Below are positions 14,007 to 28,475 of a stretch of 64,000 bases of DNA, piece after piece. The notes beneath the pieces were generated by a model that saw nothing but the letters and a program-made list of their open reading frames with translations, made no database searches and was not told the DNA's origin. Each line of letters begins with the position of its first letter. The first letter of the stretch is position 1. The translations under genes were made by a program, and so were the position numbers. This DNA is from the human T2T-CHM13v2.0 reference genome, Homo sapiens: assembly GCF_009914755.1 (NCBI RefSeq), contig NC_060935.1, one strand, 5' to 3'.

Positions 14007-15075
14007 CTAGGGAAACAGAAAAAAAATCTCCTGACTTCAAGCACTAGGCTTGGATCAGAACTGTCCTCAGGAATTATATGTGTGTCTTCACAATGTCAGG
14101 GACCTTATCTGCTTCCTCATTCTTTTACCATAATAATGTAGAGAAAGATCTTGTTTTTCCTGCAAATCCCCAGTATTAGATGGAACTAATCATTCACCTT
14201 CTTTGCTTCTAAGTCTTTGCTGTACAGCATGGCTGGAAAAAATTACACAGCTAATTTACCATTACTAATTTACTATCTCCAGCCTCAGCTGGGTCCTCAA
14301 CATTGCTTGGTATCTCTTACTCAGATTCAACAGTTGCCATTAAATTCTTCACCATTTCTTTAGTCCTCAATTGTATACTCAATACAATTATAAGTAAATA
14401 ATACTCTGTAATTGCCTTTTCAACGTCCGTTTTCCCCAACAGACTATAAGCTTCATGAAGTCAAGGTTAATATTGGTATTTTTTATGATTACATCCTCAG
14501 TGTCCTGCAGAATGCCTGGCACATAGTAAGCATCCAATAAGTATTTATTAAACAGATGAAAAAACCTGCCTGCCAGAACACTGTATACTTCATAGAGAAA
14601 GAACATTGAGACCAAGAAGACCTAATTTTCCTAACTTCCTCCCTTTCAAATGTATAGTTTTCCTACATCCGTGCTGCCCTCTAGACAGTACTTAGCTCTC
14701 CTTTCCATAATCTCTACATCTAAAATAACTGAATCCATAATTAAGTCTTTCACAACTCTTTGCTGACTTCAATGATAAATTCTACCAAACATTTAAGGAA
14801 GAAATATTTCCAATCTTTAACAAACTCTTTCAGAGAATAGAAAAAGAGAGAATACTTTATAACATCTTAAGAGTGCAACAAAACATTATACCCAAATTTA
14901 ACAAGGACATTATTACAAGAACAGAAAATACATACATAGATGAAAAAGTTTTAAACAACCTATTAGGAAAAACTAAATGCATCACAACACAAAAGTTGAA
15001 TTGCCAGAGTCATAAGAATCACAGATCTTACCCAACACCAAACTTCACTATGGATTTAAAGGATACAGGCAATCA

Positions 15076-15429
<354 letters not shown>

Positions 15430-15899
15430 TCAAATGCAGTTACTCATATAGGGTCTTTCCTCTCCCGTATTAGTATACATTCTGTTTTTGGACTTAAAAT
15501 GTAAGGTGTGTTTTGAGCAAAATATGAAGAAACATTGCTTCACAGGCGTCATTTTGGTTTTTTATGGAGCATCATTATTTTATATTCCATTAATTATATA
15601 ACTCTAGCCAGTCAATATCTTTTAACACATGAACCTATATATTCCAGGTTTGTTTACAATAAAACCAACCTAAATATATCTAGGTATATCCTGCTAGAAA
15701 TTTTTGCAGATAAGCAGCTGACAAATACATTTCGTGTGTTTACCAGGAGGTCAGGTTATTAGCATGTTTACAAGGAGTTTGGGTTGATGCCATTTGCTTC
15801 TCTCTGGGCATCTGTAGGTAGAAGGGGAAGGGGTTCTAGGCCTCGTGCTAATGCTTTTCTTCCTAAATTTATTCTGAGTACAATAAAATGAAACTCCAA

Positions 15900-16760
15900 G
15901 CCCCACAAAATCTCCCTTGCCAATAAAATCAGTCTCTCCTCACAAGTCTGATAAGCCTGGTCCTTCCTGGTTTGAAGACCTGAAGACTCAACCAAGGTAG
16001 TTAACTTCCAAGGGAATGCCAACTCTTAACAATCACCCTGCACTTTTCATTGCCTTCAGACTCTGTGAACTAGATCCCAGAATGCCTCAGAAGATGAAGG
16101 CTTAGAAAACAAGATTTTACTAACAAATATTGGCAAAAATCCTGTAGAATATGTGTGGGAATGAATTCTAAGGGTGCTAGACAAGGAAAAGAGAACATAA
16201 TTTTAGACCAGACTAAATTTATTGATATGGGTGCACTTACCAGAGATTCTGGATTTAATATCCTAGAATTCAGGTATTAAGCAGTTCAAAGAGGTTCTGA
16301 TTGTTTGGTTATCTGAAGCCTAGGCTCATTGGTAGCCTATGCTCAATGAAATTGGGATGCCAGTAATTTCTTAGTATAATATAGAAGAAATAATAAAAGA
16401 TTTATTAAGAAAAGGTGCTGGAACGGTATCACCTATGATCAGCTAACCTACTCCCTATATCGTGTTCTCTGGGAGGTCTCAGAAGACGCTGGTGAGGAAA
16501 GTGTCAGCATCCTTGAAAAGCACTGTGGTGGCCATCCTGTATGCCTGAAAAAAGGTGAGAGATGCTGCCACTCAAACAGTCTTCCTGATTTCAAAGGGGA
16601 TGATGTGCTTCTGCTGTGGCAGAGGCCAAGTAGCAGTACTTAACTGGCACAGGCAACATAAGCATAGTTTTTATAATAGACACTAACCTGGAATGGTAAT
16701 CAGAATGTTTTCAGGGATTCTTGGTATTGGTTAATTTATCATGGTGTCCCAACTCCAAAA
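15900..16760 (+). mobile_element. ERVL/MLT-type internal (gag-like) remnant
   Basis: Resembles recalled ERVL-int motifs (gaatatgtgtgggaatg...; gaatttattgatatgggtgcact-like). Confidence 0.55.
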
Positions 16761-16910
16761 CAGATGTTGGATATCAATAAGGCCTATTTGTTCAATTTTC
16801 AAATCTATATTCTTTCCCTAGAAAAAATCTCATGGCTTCAAGCTCCATCTATTCTAATAACTCTAAATTTATATTTCCAGTTCATACTTCTCATTTGAAT
16901 AAGAGGATAT

Positions 16911-17325
16911 TGATAAGGCTTGGACCTGTGTTCCCTCCAAATCTTATGTTGAAATGTGACCACCAATACTGGAGGTGGGCATAGTGGGAGGTGTTTGGAT
17001 CATGGGGACAGCTCCCTCATGAATGGCTTAGTGCTGTCCTTGCAGTAATGAGTGGGTTCTCATTCTGTGAGTTCACATGAGATCTGGTTGTTTAAAAGGG
17101 CCTGGCACCTCCTCCTTCTCTCTCTTGCTCCCTTTCTTGCTATGTGATATGCTGGCTCCCCACTTGCCTTCCACCGTGATTGTATGCTTCCTGAGGCCCT
17201 CACCAGGACCAGATGCCAGTGCTATACTTCCTTTACAGCCTGCAGAACCATGAGACAAAATAGACCTCTTTTCTTTATAAATTACCCAATCTCAGGTATT
17301 CCTTTATTAGCAATGCAAATTGACT
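16911..17325 (+). mobile_element. MST (MaLR) solo LTR
   Basis: tgataaggcttgg...ccaaatcttatgttgaaatg start; ataaattacccaatctcaggtattcctttattagcaatgc end. Confidence 0.85.
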
Positions 17326-17414
17326 GATTTAAGACTTAAGGGGACCACTCAAGAGTTTGAAATGTTTCTGGATTTGGGGAAATACAAGAAATACAAGAAA
17401 TGGTATCAACACTA

Positions 17415-17830
17415 TGCCTGATGTTCTCACTCATATTTGGGAGGTAAAAAAGTTGATCTCATGGAAGTAGAGAATAGAGTGATAGTTACCAAGGGCTGGA
17501 AAGGGTGGGTCAGAGTGGGAGAAATGAAGAGGGGTTGGTTAATGAGAACATACCATTAGATAAAGAGTAAGTTCTAATGTTTGACAGTACAGTAAGGTGA
17601 CTACAGTTAGCAATAATTTATAATATAAAATAGCTTCAAAATAGTTCAAAAAATAGTTTCAAAACAGCTAGAAGAGTTGAAATGTTCCTAACATGAAGAA
17701 ATGATAAATGCTTGAGATGATGGATATCCTAAATTCCCTGATTTGAGCATTATGCATTGTAGGCATATATCAAAATCATCACATGGATCCCACAAATATG
17801 TCTAATTACTATGTATCAATTTTTAAAAAC
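17415..17830 (+). mobile_element. L1MA 3' end
   Basis: atgttctcactcata...gatggatatcctaaattccctgattt L1MA 3'UTR motifs. Confidence 0.8.
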
Positions 17831-18773
17831 CATGCCCAAAAAAGTCTATAAAAAAGCAAGAGGCTGTCACTGGAGCTGCTCAAGCCCATGGGAGAACAAA
17901 ACAAGGATGCTATATTGGAAATATGCTGCATGCCTGCAGATGGTGGGGCAAAGCTGACTGTCCTCTGGGGACCAGATATAGACCCTGTGAAAGAAATCAT
18001 GCTGGTGTTATTTTAAAGATATCCAAACCCAAGACGGGGTAAAAAGGACTTCAAAAAAGAAATTTCAGGGGGCTACAGGAAGACAGGCATTGACTCCACC
18101 AAGAGAGTTATAGTCAAGGTTCTCAGTAGGATTTCTGAAAACACACATAGAAAACGTCCACGGGAAAACAAGCAACTGTACATTTACCTAGAAATGAACC
18201 CCTGATTCCCTTTCTCCCCTCTCCTTGTGAGACTGTGCTCGTTTCTCCATCTCCTCTTCCCCTGGACCCCACTCAGGCGGAAAAGAGGTAGAAGGACCAC
18301 CATGCCCTCTCTGCCGCTATGGGCTTCAGGCTTGGATAAGGCCCAAATAGGGGAGGGGAAACATTTTAAGGTTAATAAAGTTGGAGCTTAGGTTATTACA
18401 GTGAACTGAAATTTTTAATCACTGAAATGAGAGTATTCTTGTGACTGAAAAGTACTGGGAAATTAATGGAATGAGTGCCTAAGATTTTACTGGAATGGGA
18501 AGAACAGGGCTACAGATTGAGTTTAATAGGAAGTAGTGAGAACAAATAAGAGTTTGGGTTCAGCTCGGGTTCAGCTCCCTCCATAAATCAGTTGCAACGT
18601 TAGAAATTTAATTATTTCAGTTAATATGGTGTAAGTAAATCTCTTCTCTCCAAGGAGAACAGTAACAGAGAGGGTAACCCCATACACAAAACTGAGTACC
18701 AAGGAGCATGTTCAGGCCTGGTCTAAGGTTCAGTCCTGGTCTAAGGTTTCCTATGTGGACTCAGATGTCCTAC

Positions 18774-18833
18774 CTTATGACACAAGTGCAGGTATAGTTC
18801 AATCCTTTCCCAAAGCAACAAAAATCCAAGTAA
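18774..18833 (-). CDS. GDPD4: GDPD4 exon 5 (60 nt): [20 protein letters not shown]
   Basis: tttgcag|TTA ... AAG|gtagga; phase 0-0. Confidence 0.95.
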
Positions 18834-20002
18834 CTGCAAAAGCAAAGAAGAAAAAGAGAGTTATTTTGAAATCACCAAGTTGCCACCCAAAGCACTGTTC
18901 CTATAGCTCCAAATTCCGTTCACAGTCTAGCAGTACACTCATTTCTTGCTATACCTGTACTTTATTTAGCCTCTGGGAGTTTTCCATGCTGTTTGCCTGA
19001 AAAAGCTCCCTCTCCCTATGCCACTGACTCTTCAAAGCCAGTTCAAATCTCACCTCCTATTTATAACTTTCACCCGCAACCTCAGGAAGAATTCTGTGTT
19101 ATCTCCTCTAAGATTTCATAACAATTACCACACTGATACTCAGTTGAGTTCCTGCCCATTTCTTTTCCCTGTGAGGAACCTTATTCATGGTATTACTTGG
19201 ACTCACTTGTAAGAGAAGAAAGGTCAGGAGGCAGCCCTTCCAAGGACTCTTGTTTTGGGGAACCAGGGCTGTTGTTACAATTGTCAACCACTGTTGTTAA
19301 CACTGGTATAGATTCAACAAATCTTGGATTTTAATCTAAATCTAGCCAGTCACCAAGTCAGTGTAAAGACAGAAATTGAGAACTGGAGTCCTCAGATGCC
19401 TAGGATATTAATGATAATTTGATGTGTAAGGCACTTACCTCTTTATCAAAATAATTTCATGTGTATTTCATTTGTTCTTTACTTAACCCTATATTATACC
19501 ATTTTATTAAATATTATCATTCTTATTTGAAAAAAAAATGAAACTGAGGTCAGAAGAGTTACATGCCTTGACCAAGGTTACATAGTACCTAAAGATAGAA
19601 CTAGAAATAGAATCCAGGTCCCCCTCCTTTTTCACTATTGTTGCCATTGCATGTATCCAAAAAGAAGTAGGGTAGAGTAGAAAGTTTGTTAAAATATATT
19701 GCTTTATTGGACACCTGAATTCATTCCCACCTTAGAACCTAACTATACCATTTCATGTTTATTGTGCATAAAAGTGGTACAATTCAGTGGTCAGAGTTTG
19801 TCCTACAGCACATCCTTCATCTACATTTTCCCCATGTAAAAAAAAAAAAAAAGTTTCTAATTGGTCTCTCTGCCCATAGCCACCCTCCAAACCACAACAT
19901 CAAGAATAATTTTCCTAAAATAGAAAACTGATTTATATCAAATGTCTTAGCCTTTCTTTCCAGGCCTTCCAAAATCTCACAAACCTCTTTTCAGCCATGT
20001 TT

Positions 20003-20873
<871 letters not shown>

Positions 20874-21923
20874 CCCCATTATTCTTCATTATGCCCTACA
20901 TACTAACAGAACTGACCGTTCCCTCTCAGCAAGACAGCCTATATTTTTCTGTCTTGCTTAGTCATGAAGCTCCCTCAGTCCACAATGTTCTTCCTCATTA
21001 CCATATCTATATGTCCAAATCTAACATTCCTTTAAGATCCCACTACAGTGACAAGGAATAGTTATAACTTATATCTCACATCTACCTCTATGAAGTGCAC
21101 TGCATGAAAACAGAAATTGCTTAGCTTTTATTGATCTTCGTATACTCAGCACTTCTCACAACGTTCTGCTCATATAATGATTAATAAGTTTTGTTGAAAG
21201 AAAAAGTTCATGCAAATAGCAACATATTTGGGGGCTAGGTTCTTCTGTATCAGACAAGAATTCAATAGAGAAAGGAATGGTGAAATCAGAGAAAGTTATC
21301 TGCCCTATGTATAAATGGGCACTGCAAAACTCTGTCTAAAGTTATCCTCCCATTTCCAGACTTTTCTCTTACCTGGCATAAATTTCTCACACTAAGTGAC
21401 ACTACTATGTTAGGCAACAGAAGCAAGGTCACACTATTGCCAAAGGCTTTTGCTAAAATGTACTTTGCATCTGGGCTAGGTGACTAGCATTTGTACATTA
21501 GAACAAATTTAACAAGTAAGCAAATTTTTTTAAGACCCAGAAAGACTGATTTTCAGAAGATGGGACATGAGATGAGTAAAGATACTGCTGCTGTGAAGCT
21601 ATGGGTATCTAAAATGACAATATTGAGGGAACCATAGGATAGGGTATGAAACAAGGAAATAGAAAAAGGATGTTGTTACACTTTCAAAGGGCCAAACTGG
21701 CAAGACACATCCTCTAACAGAACAGGCTTTCCTTCCACGTCCTTCCACGTCCTATTCCTTGTGCCTAAAATTCAACTAGCTAATGTAAATCCCAACTCTA
21801 CTAAGACAAGAGTGATCTTAGGTTCTGAGAGTCCCCAGTACCAACTGGATACTATACCACAGGCAGGAACACCTCATCAGGCTACTCAGGAAGGGAGTGG
21901 AAGAAATGAGAAGCATTACTCAC

Positions 21924-22017
21924 CAACAGCAATGAAGAGTAGGCAGTCAGGATCCTAGCTAAACTCAGAATAAAAATAGACCAGAAAAACCAGTATCCTG
22001 TTCCTAGAAAAGTGACC
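21924..22017 (-). CDS. GDPD4: GDPD4 exon 4 (94 nt): (W)[31 protein letters not shown]
   Basis: ttttcag|G ... TTG|gtgagt. Confidence 0.95.
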
Positions 22018-24089
22018 CTGAAAAAAAATGTGTTTCAGTTCTTAAAATAATGCAGAAATCAGTAGCATCTGTGTCAAGGATGGGGACAAAACCAGACTAG
22101 ATAAGGCATAAGCAAATGTAGGGAGATAAAAAGAAGCAGTGTGTGAACAGCAGCTTTTGCGGATAATTATATGAGGAGTTTTAAAGTTGTGTTCTGTAGG
22201 CAATTGGGGATGTTCATGGGGTCTGTAAACGCAGTAGGATCTTAAGTTACTTAGAATACATATTTAAAAATTACGTCCTCTTTTAAAAATTAACATAACA
22301 CAGAAATTTGGGAATACCGGAAGAGAAACAATACATCCCATAAGTTTACTGCCTGAACAAAACTAATACTTTACACTTTGGCAGGCTCCTTGTCCACATG
22401 CATATGTATTTTTGGACATAATTGCAATCACAGCCACCATATTAAAAAAAAAGCCCCAATTTTTCTGTTCCTAATGTAGCATATGAGAGAAAATTGTTAA
22501 TGATTTGTTAGGAGAAACAATGTTATACTTGATCTAGGTATTACACAAAGAAATTTGAATCTTCATCTCAAGAAAACAGAAATTTCCTCCTCTCCGTACA
22601 AAACCTGGAGAAATTAAATTTTTTAAGAATTAAACTATAGGTTAGTGAACATATAACTACACTAGTAAGAATTATAAAGGAAATTCTCTTGGACAAGAGC
22701 TGTGAGATAAACTAGGAAGAAACAAACAGGCAAAGAGCCTTAACTAGCAAAAGGTATCCCAGATCAAGACTGGGAAGAGTGCTCTGTAGAAGATGAGCTC
22801 ACAATCAGGAATCAGAAAATATGTAAGGGATGTCAACAAATGAACCCTATGAGCCAACAAATAGAAAAACTTGGACCCAAAAAAACATAATTAATAGAAT
22901 CAGAAAAGAGCCACAAAATAAATATATTTAAGATCTTCCATGATGTAAAGGAATGATTCACATCCATGAAACAAGAATAGGATGTTTTAACCCAAGCACA
23001 GGTGGTTATTAAACAGAGATCTTGAAAAAAAATTTTCGAAATTAAAAAAAAAAACATGAAATCTGGCCTTAATAGCACTCTAGATGTAGTCAAAGAACTA
23101 ATCAGTTTAACCAAATTGTGATATTGACTTTGCTTTCCAAGTAACAAAGAAAACTTAGTGTTTGTCATTTCATGGTACTCCTCTTTCTTCTAATCATTTT
23201 ACTGGTCACATTGATATTTTATTTTAATCCCTTTCTACCTAAAAGGTTTTCTTTTGGATATCAGATCACATGTAAATATTACTATTAGTTTGCTTTACTT
23301 CAAAGCCCTCTCACCAAACTCAAGTGAAGTTCCCACCCCCCAGCTATGGATTACAGGCAAAAGAAGAACTGTGATTTGGCTTTTTCTCTCTCTCCCTCTA
23401 CTTCTTCCCATCCGGGTAAGTAACTGTACTTACTGTTGGTGATGGTAGTGGCGTGAAAAAAGGGAGTGAAAAGAGCGAGAAGGAGTTTGCTTATGTGACT
23501 GCCTGAACATCAGTGGGAACTGAAAAAGGAAGTCTCCTTTCTTGGCCGTCACTTCTTTAAGCTGAGAATATACAATGCTGATGACTATGCAGAAGTCCTA
23601 CTCTATGTGAATGTGTCCAATTTAGGCTTCTTCTGACTTAGTATTTTTAAGCAGTTTTCTCTCCGCTCTGGACCATTGTGTTACATCCCTCTAGCAGCAT
23701 AATCACACCTCCATTTTGGATGTAGGCCTACTCACTCAACCAAGACAGCTTTACTGGGGCAGCCTAGTCAATGCAACCTACTCATGTAAAATCCATATTT
23801 TCTGTTATCATTATAACAATGTTTAAAGAAACCTTCAAGGACCCCTTCCCTCCTTTCTCACAGCTGTAAGATGCAGCTTTCTTGCACCTTTCCCCAATAC
23901 ATATTGCAATGTTTTATATCAGCATCACCAACTGTCAGCTGACAGTAACTCTAGATGAGAAAAAAAGATACCATCGATGGTGGAGGCCCTAGGAACCCTC
24001 GCACAGTTTGAAATGGAGAAACAACACACACAGAGGGGAAAAGAGAGAGTTACGGTTACCCTACCAAAAAATTCTGCTCTTTCTAGCTA

Positions 24090-25620
24090 AGGGGAACAAC
24101 TAGAAAAGCTAGACAAAATGTTTTGAAAAATCTAAATGAAAGCATCAGATATCTACCAGACAGTGAAGAACTATGAAGCCAAGATCTAAATAAGGAAGGA
24201 AATCCAGTGATAGTGTAGCATTTGGGGTAATTTTTCCCTAGAAGGATTGGCTGAGGTACAGGAAGCTCTTGTAAACTTCACAGGGCTACAGGGGAGAAGG
24301 TAATCTCGTAAACACAACACACTTTGATTTGGAACCTTACAGGGTTACATTCTAGGAGTAAGCACAAACTTTTCCAGTTTGTGACTTGTGGGGGAAGGAA
24401 TCCTAGCTTTGAAGCATCTAAATGTGTGAACAGACGTTATTAGTCTGCTCCCCCTAGGTACTGGCTTGATGGCGTACACAGCTTAGGCCTCTCCCTAACA
24501 GTCCTCTTCTACGGCACACGTAGGGGTTATTTTTTATACAGGGAAAAAAAGATTCTAGATGAAAGATCAGAGGTGCATGATAAAATGAAGAGCAATAAAA
24601 AAAAGTAAATATGTAGGTAAATCTAAAAGAATATTAACTATACAAAACAACAATAATGTCGTATGTGGTTGGAAAAGTATGTAGGATTAAAATATATGAT
24701 GAGAATGGCTTATAACTCAGAAGTTATAAGTGTCTGAAGAAGTTATAAGTATATGAAGTTAAGGTGTTTCAAGATCCTTGTATTATCCAGGAAAAGGTTA
24801 AAATACTAATATAAGACTTCGGTAAGTCAAGATTACATGTTGTAATTTCCAGGGTAGGTACAAAAAAGACAGCAAGAGTGAGTAGGAGAGAAAATATGGG
24901 TATTCCTTCCAATTTAATAGAGGGAAAAAATGAAGTAATAAAAAATACTTAATATAAAATAAGGCAAGAAAAGAGGAAAAAAGAACACAGGGCTGGGTGC
25001 GGTAGCTCACACCTGCAATCCCAGCAATTTGGGAGGTCGAGCGGGCAGATCACTTGAGCTCAGGAGTTTGAGACCAGCCTGGGCAACATGGCGAAACCCT
25101 GTCTCCACAAAAAAATATAAAAATTAGCTAGGTGTGGTGGTTTGTGTCTGTAGTCCTAGCTACTTGGGAGGCTGAAGTGGGAGGATCGGTCAAGCTTGGG
25201 AGGCAGAGGCTGCAATGAGCCAAGCTTGGGAGGCAGAGGCTGCAATGAGCCAAGATCATCATATCACTGCACTCCAGCCTGGGCAACAGAGTGAGACCCT
25301 GCCTCAAAAAACAACAACAACAACAACAACAAAAAAAACACAGAACTGATAGGACAGTAGCATTAGGAAGAATATGGATGTAAGCTCAAATAAAATATAT
25401 TAGTGATATATTAGTACAGAGCTATTTTTTATTTGGAACATAAAGACAAATATTGCCAAACTGGATTTGAGAAACCCAACCATATGCTATTTATAAGAGA
25501 AACTTCCAAAACATGAGCTACAGAAAGGTTAAAAAAATAAAGGATGGAAAAGATAAACCATGCAAAGCTAGTATAGCTATATTAGTTATTATACAAAATA
25601 GTCTTCAAGTTAAAAACATA
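24090..25620 (+). mobile_element. Old L1M fragments
   Basis: L1M 5' motif at about 24098; A-rich inter-ORF/ORF2-start-like sequence. Confidence 0.55.
24991..25337 (+). mobile_element. AluJ with internal 30-bp tandem duplication
   Basis: AluJ diagnostics (cacttgagctcaggagtt); (CAA)n tail. Confidence 0.9.
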
Positions 25621-26441
25621 TGAAGAAAATGAAAGACTATGCTGCAACTTTGCACTAAGATTGAAGACTTGATTGGTACTGAGACTTGTGCCTGATTTAC
25701 AACACTACATCCTGGCAGACGAAGATCACAAATGGGGGATGGCTGCAAGGATGATCATGGAAGCTAGCCAGTAAGCATCTCAGTCTTGGGAACAATGGTT
25801 AGGGTTCCAAGCCATGCCTGTGGTCAGTGCAAAAGCCTGTTGTGAGGGATATTTCTGTAAAATGCCTGGAAGAGCAATTCCAAAAAGTAGCTAGGGACCA
25901 GTGCTTGACTGAGGCACTGTCTAATGAAAGTAATATGACCAGAGTGACCAGTGTCATTTTGATGACCAGAGTTTCTTCTTACCACCACCACGCTATTTTT
26001 GCTGTCTTGTGGTAAGCCCCAGGACTTTGATACCACTCAAGGGATGGGGAGAGAGGCAGAAAGATTTGGATATTAGACTTTGCATAAACCTTATCAACTA
26101 TGGATCTCAGAGCTGGTATTTTAAAATTTATAAATATAAATAAATAAATTATACCATAGCATTTATATTTTAAATTGAAATACAATTCCTGTGGAATAAT
26201 TCAGAACTGGCCCATAAATGAAACTGCAGATGAACCAGTGAGAAGGCTAACTGAAAACCCCCAATGAATAAGTAGGCAAAGGAAAATAAATTTTAAAAGA
26301 AATTAGTTAAATAAACTTGTTCTGAAACTAAATGATTCAAATTAAAACAAAAAATTTCATCAAGAAAAAATTATGCAATATTACAATATTTAATGCTGTC
26401 ATATACCTCTGTTTTAAATAGAAATTGCTATAACCTTTTGA

Positions 26442-26651
<210 letters not shown>

Positions 26652-27703
26652 TAATGAATTTTAACAACGTTTATTCTTCTTGACTCAATAATGCCACTTA
26701 TGGGAATCTATTCTAGGAACATTAGTCAGAATACAAAGATTTATCTGCATTACTAGTTTATAAAAACAAGAAAATTGGACACACATATAATGCCTAACAA
26801 TTAAAAATGGCTAAGTGTATTATAGCATCTGTCATGAAATATTTTTAAACCATTTTAAATGATGTTCATTAGGAGTTTAAAAATTTTGTTAAAATGTTTA
26901 TTATTTTAAGTGAAAAGAGAAAGCAAAATTATGTATACAATATGAGCATAATATAAAAATAAACATAGAAAAATATAACAAGTGATTATCTCTCAAGAGT
27001 GAGACTAGGCAGATACTATATTTTCTAACTTTTTGCATTTTACACATAAAATAACAAACCATGTTTTACTTCTACAAAGAAAACAACAACTGTATTCCAT
27101 TTTTAAAAGCCCCATATCCGAACAGATCCTTCTCCCCCAAATACCAAATAACAAGATTTGCAGGAAGGTTAGAAGACATCAAGCCAGAAAAGGGCTGGGA
27201 ACATTCCAGAGTAGGAGTTTAGCCATGAAAAGGGTACTGGAAAGGGATACCTGTCACTGTGTTCAGAATCGTAGGAAGCCTCCTAAGAACAGCAGGGAGA
27301 GGAAGAGGGTATAGGAGCAGCAGAGAAGGCAGGGTTCAGGGATAGAGATCATGAAGACCAACTAGTGTCAACATCAGTAACTCAAAGAGACTAAAGAAAA
27401 GATACCAGGGAATCATTATCTGAGTAGAAGGACTGTGGATATTGGAAGCATGAAAGCTTCCTACTGAGCCAGATTTAGTCTAAGTATGAGACTGAGCACA
27501 GTGGAAGAAAGTACAATAGGTTAGGGTGCTAAGCATCCTACCCCTGCCCCAGAGGCAGGCCTCTCACCCAAAAGCTGTGGAAAGCCCAGTTTTGTCCGCC
27601 TTCCCTACTATATCACCGGATCTTTTCAGCCTGAGGTAGAATCCAGGTGGCTATCAGACCAAAATACCCTTACACAAATGAAACTACAAAAAGTGAAACT
27701 CAC

Positions 27704-27756
27704 CAGTCAAAGTTAAAGTATTCACTGGATGTTTCTATCCACAGGAACAGCAACAT
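27704..27756 (-). CDS. GDPD4: GDPD4 exon 3 coding part: MLLFLWIETSSEYFNFD(W); whole exon 27704-27806
   Basis: Acceptor ttttcccag|AAAGAG at 27806; ATG at 27756 (context tctctgATGT, weak); donor TG|gtgagt; matches the recalled N-terminus of human GDPD4. Confidence 0.92.
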
Positions 27757-28264
27757 CAGAGACAAGACAAATGAAATTACCAGGCACGGCAAAATAATTG
27801 CTCTTTCTGGGAAAAGAAAAAAGAAATCTAACTTAGCTCCATTTATCCTTGTTACCTCAGCAGTTTCTGTATACACTTGCCAAAGGTCAGCATAGTTGCA
27901 CTGCCATGCATTACCCTCCTGAGGCTGGAGTGATCACTCTCTTCTTTTTACCCCTACCAAATCCTGTATATGCCTATTTACAACCTTTCTTACACTTAAC
28001 TGGAATTATGCATTTATGTTTTATCTGATGCTACACTGTTTCTTCTTTGAGGAAAAGGAACGTCTCTGTATGACCAATACATAGCATTGTTTCTTGAATG
28101 CAGCTGGCTCTCAACAATCATCTGTTGAATTCATCTGCCTCTCCAGCTATCAAATGTTTTGTTCAGTAATTAATTTATTGATTCATTCATCATTAATTGG
28201 TTCATTTAGTCATCAATCTACCCCATTGGAGAAGAAAGGGGGAATCAGAGTTAAAGAATAATTT

Positions 28265-28475
28265 TTTTTAAGTAGCTATTTTGTTCTAGTAAAATGCTAG
28301 GGAATTTCACAAGCTACTTTCATTTGATTTATTTCTCATTAGAGCCATATGAGTTGGGCATCAACCTCATTTTTGCAGAAGAAAGCTCAGAGAGGTAAAA
28401 TAATTGATTCAAGATCACACAGCTAAGAAGTGGCAGGGGCAGGACTAGAACCCAGATCTGTGTAAGCTCAAAGCC
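28265..28475 (-). mobile_element. MIR
   Basis: cattttgcaga...gctcagagaggtaaaataattg...aagatcacacagcta. Confidence 0.75.

Noticed and set aside
27795-27810. Alternative AG acceptors (cag|aaag|ag) that might restore the exon 2-3 frame
   Set aside because: They leave 46 or 44 nt before the ATG; neither is a multiple of 3.
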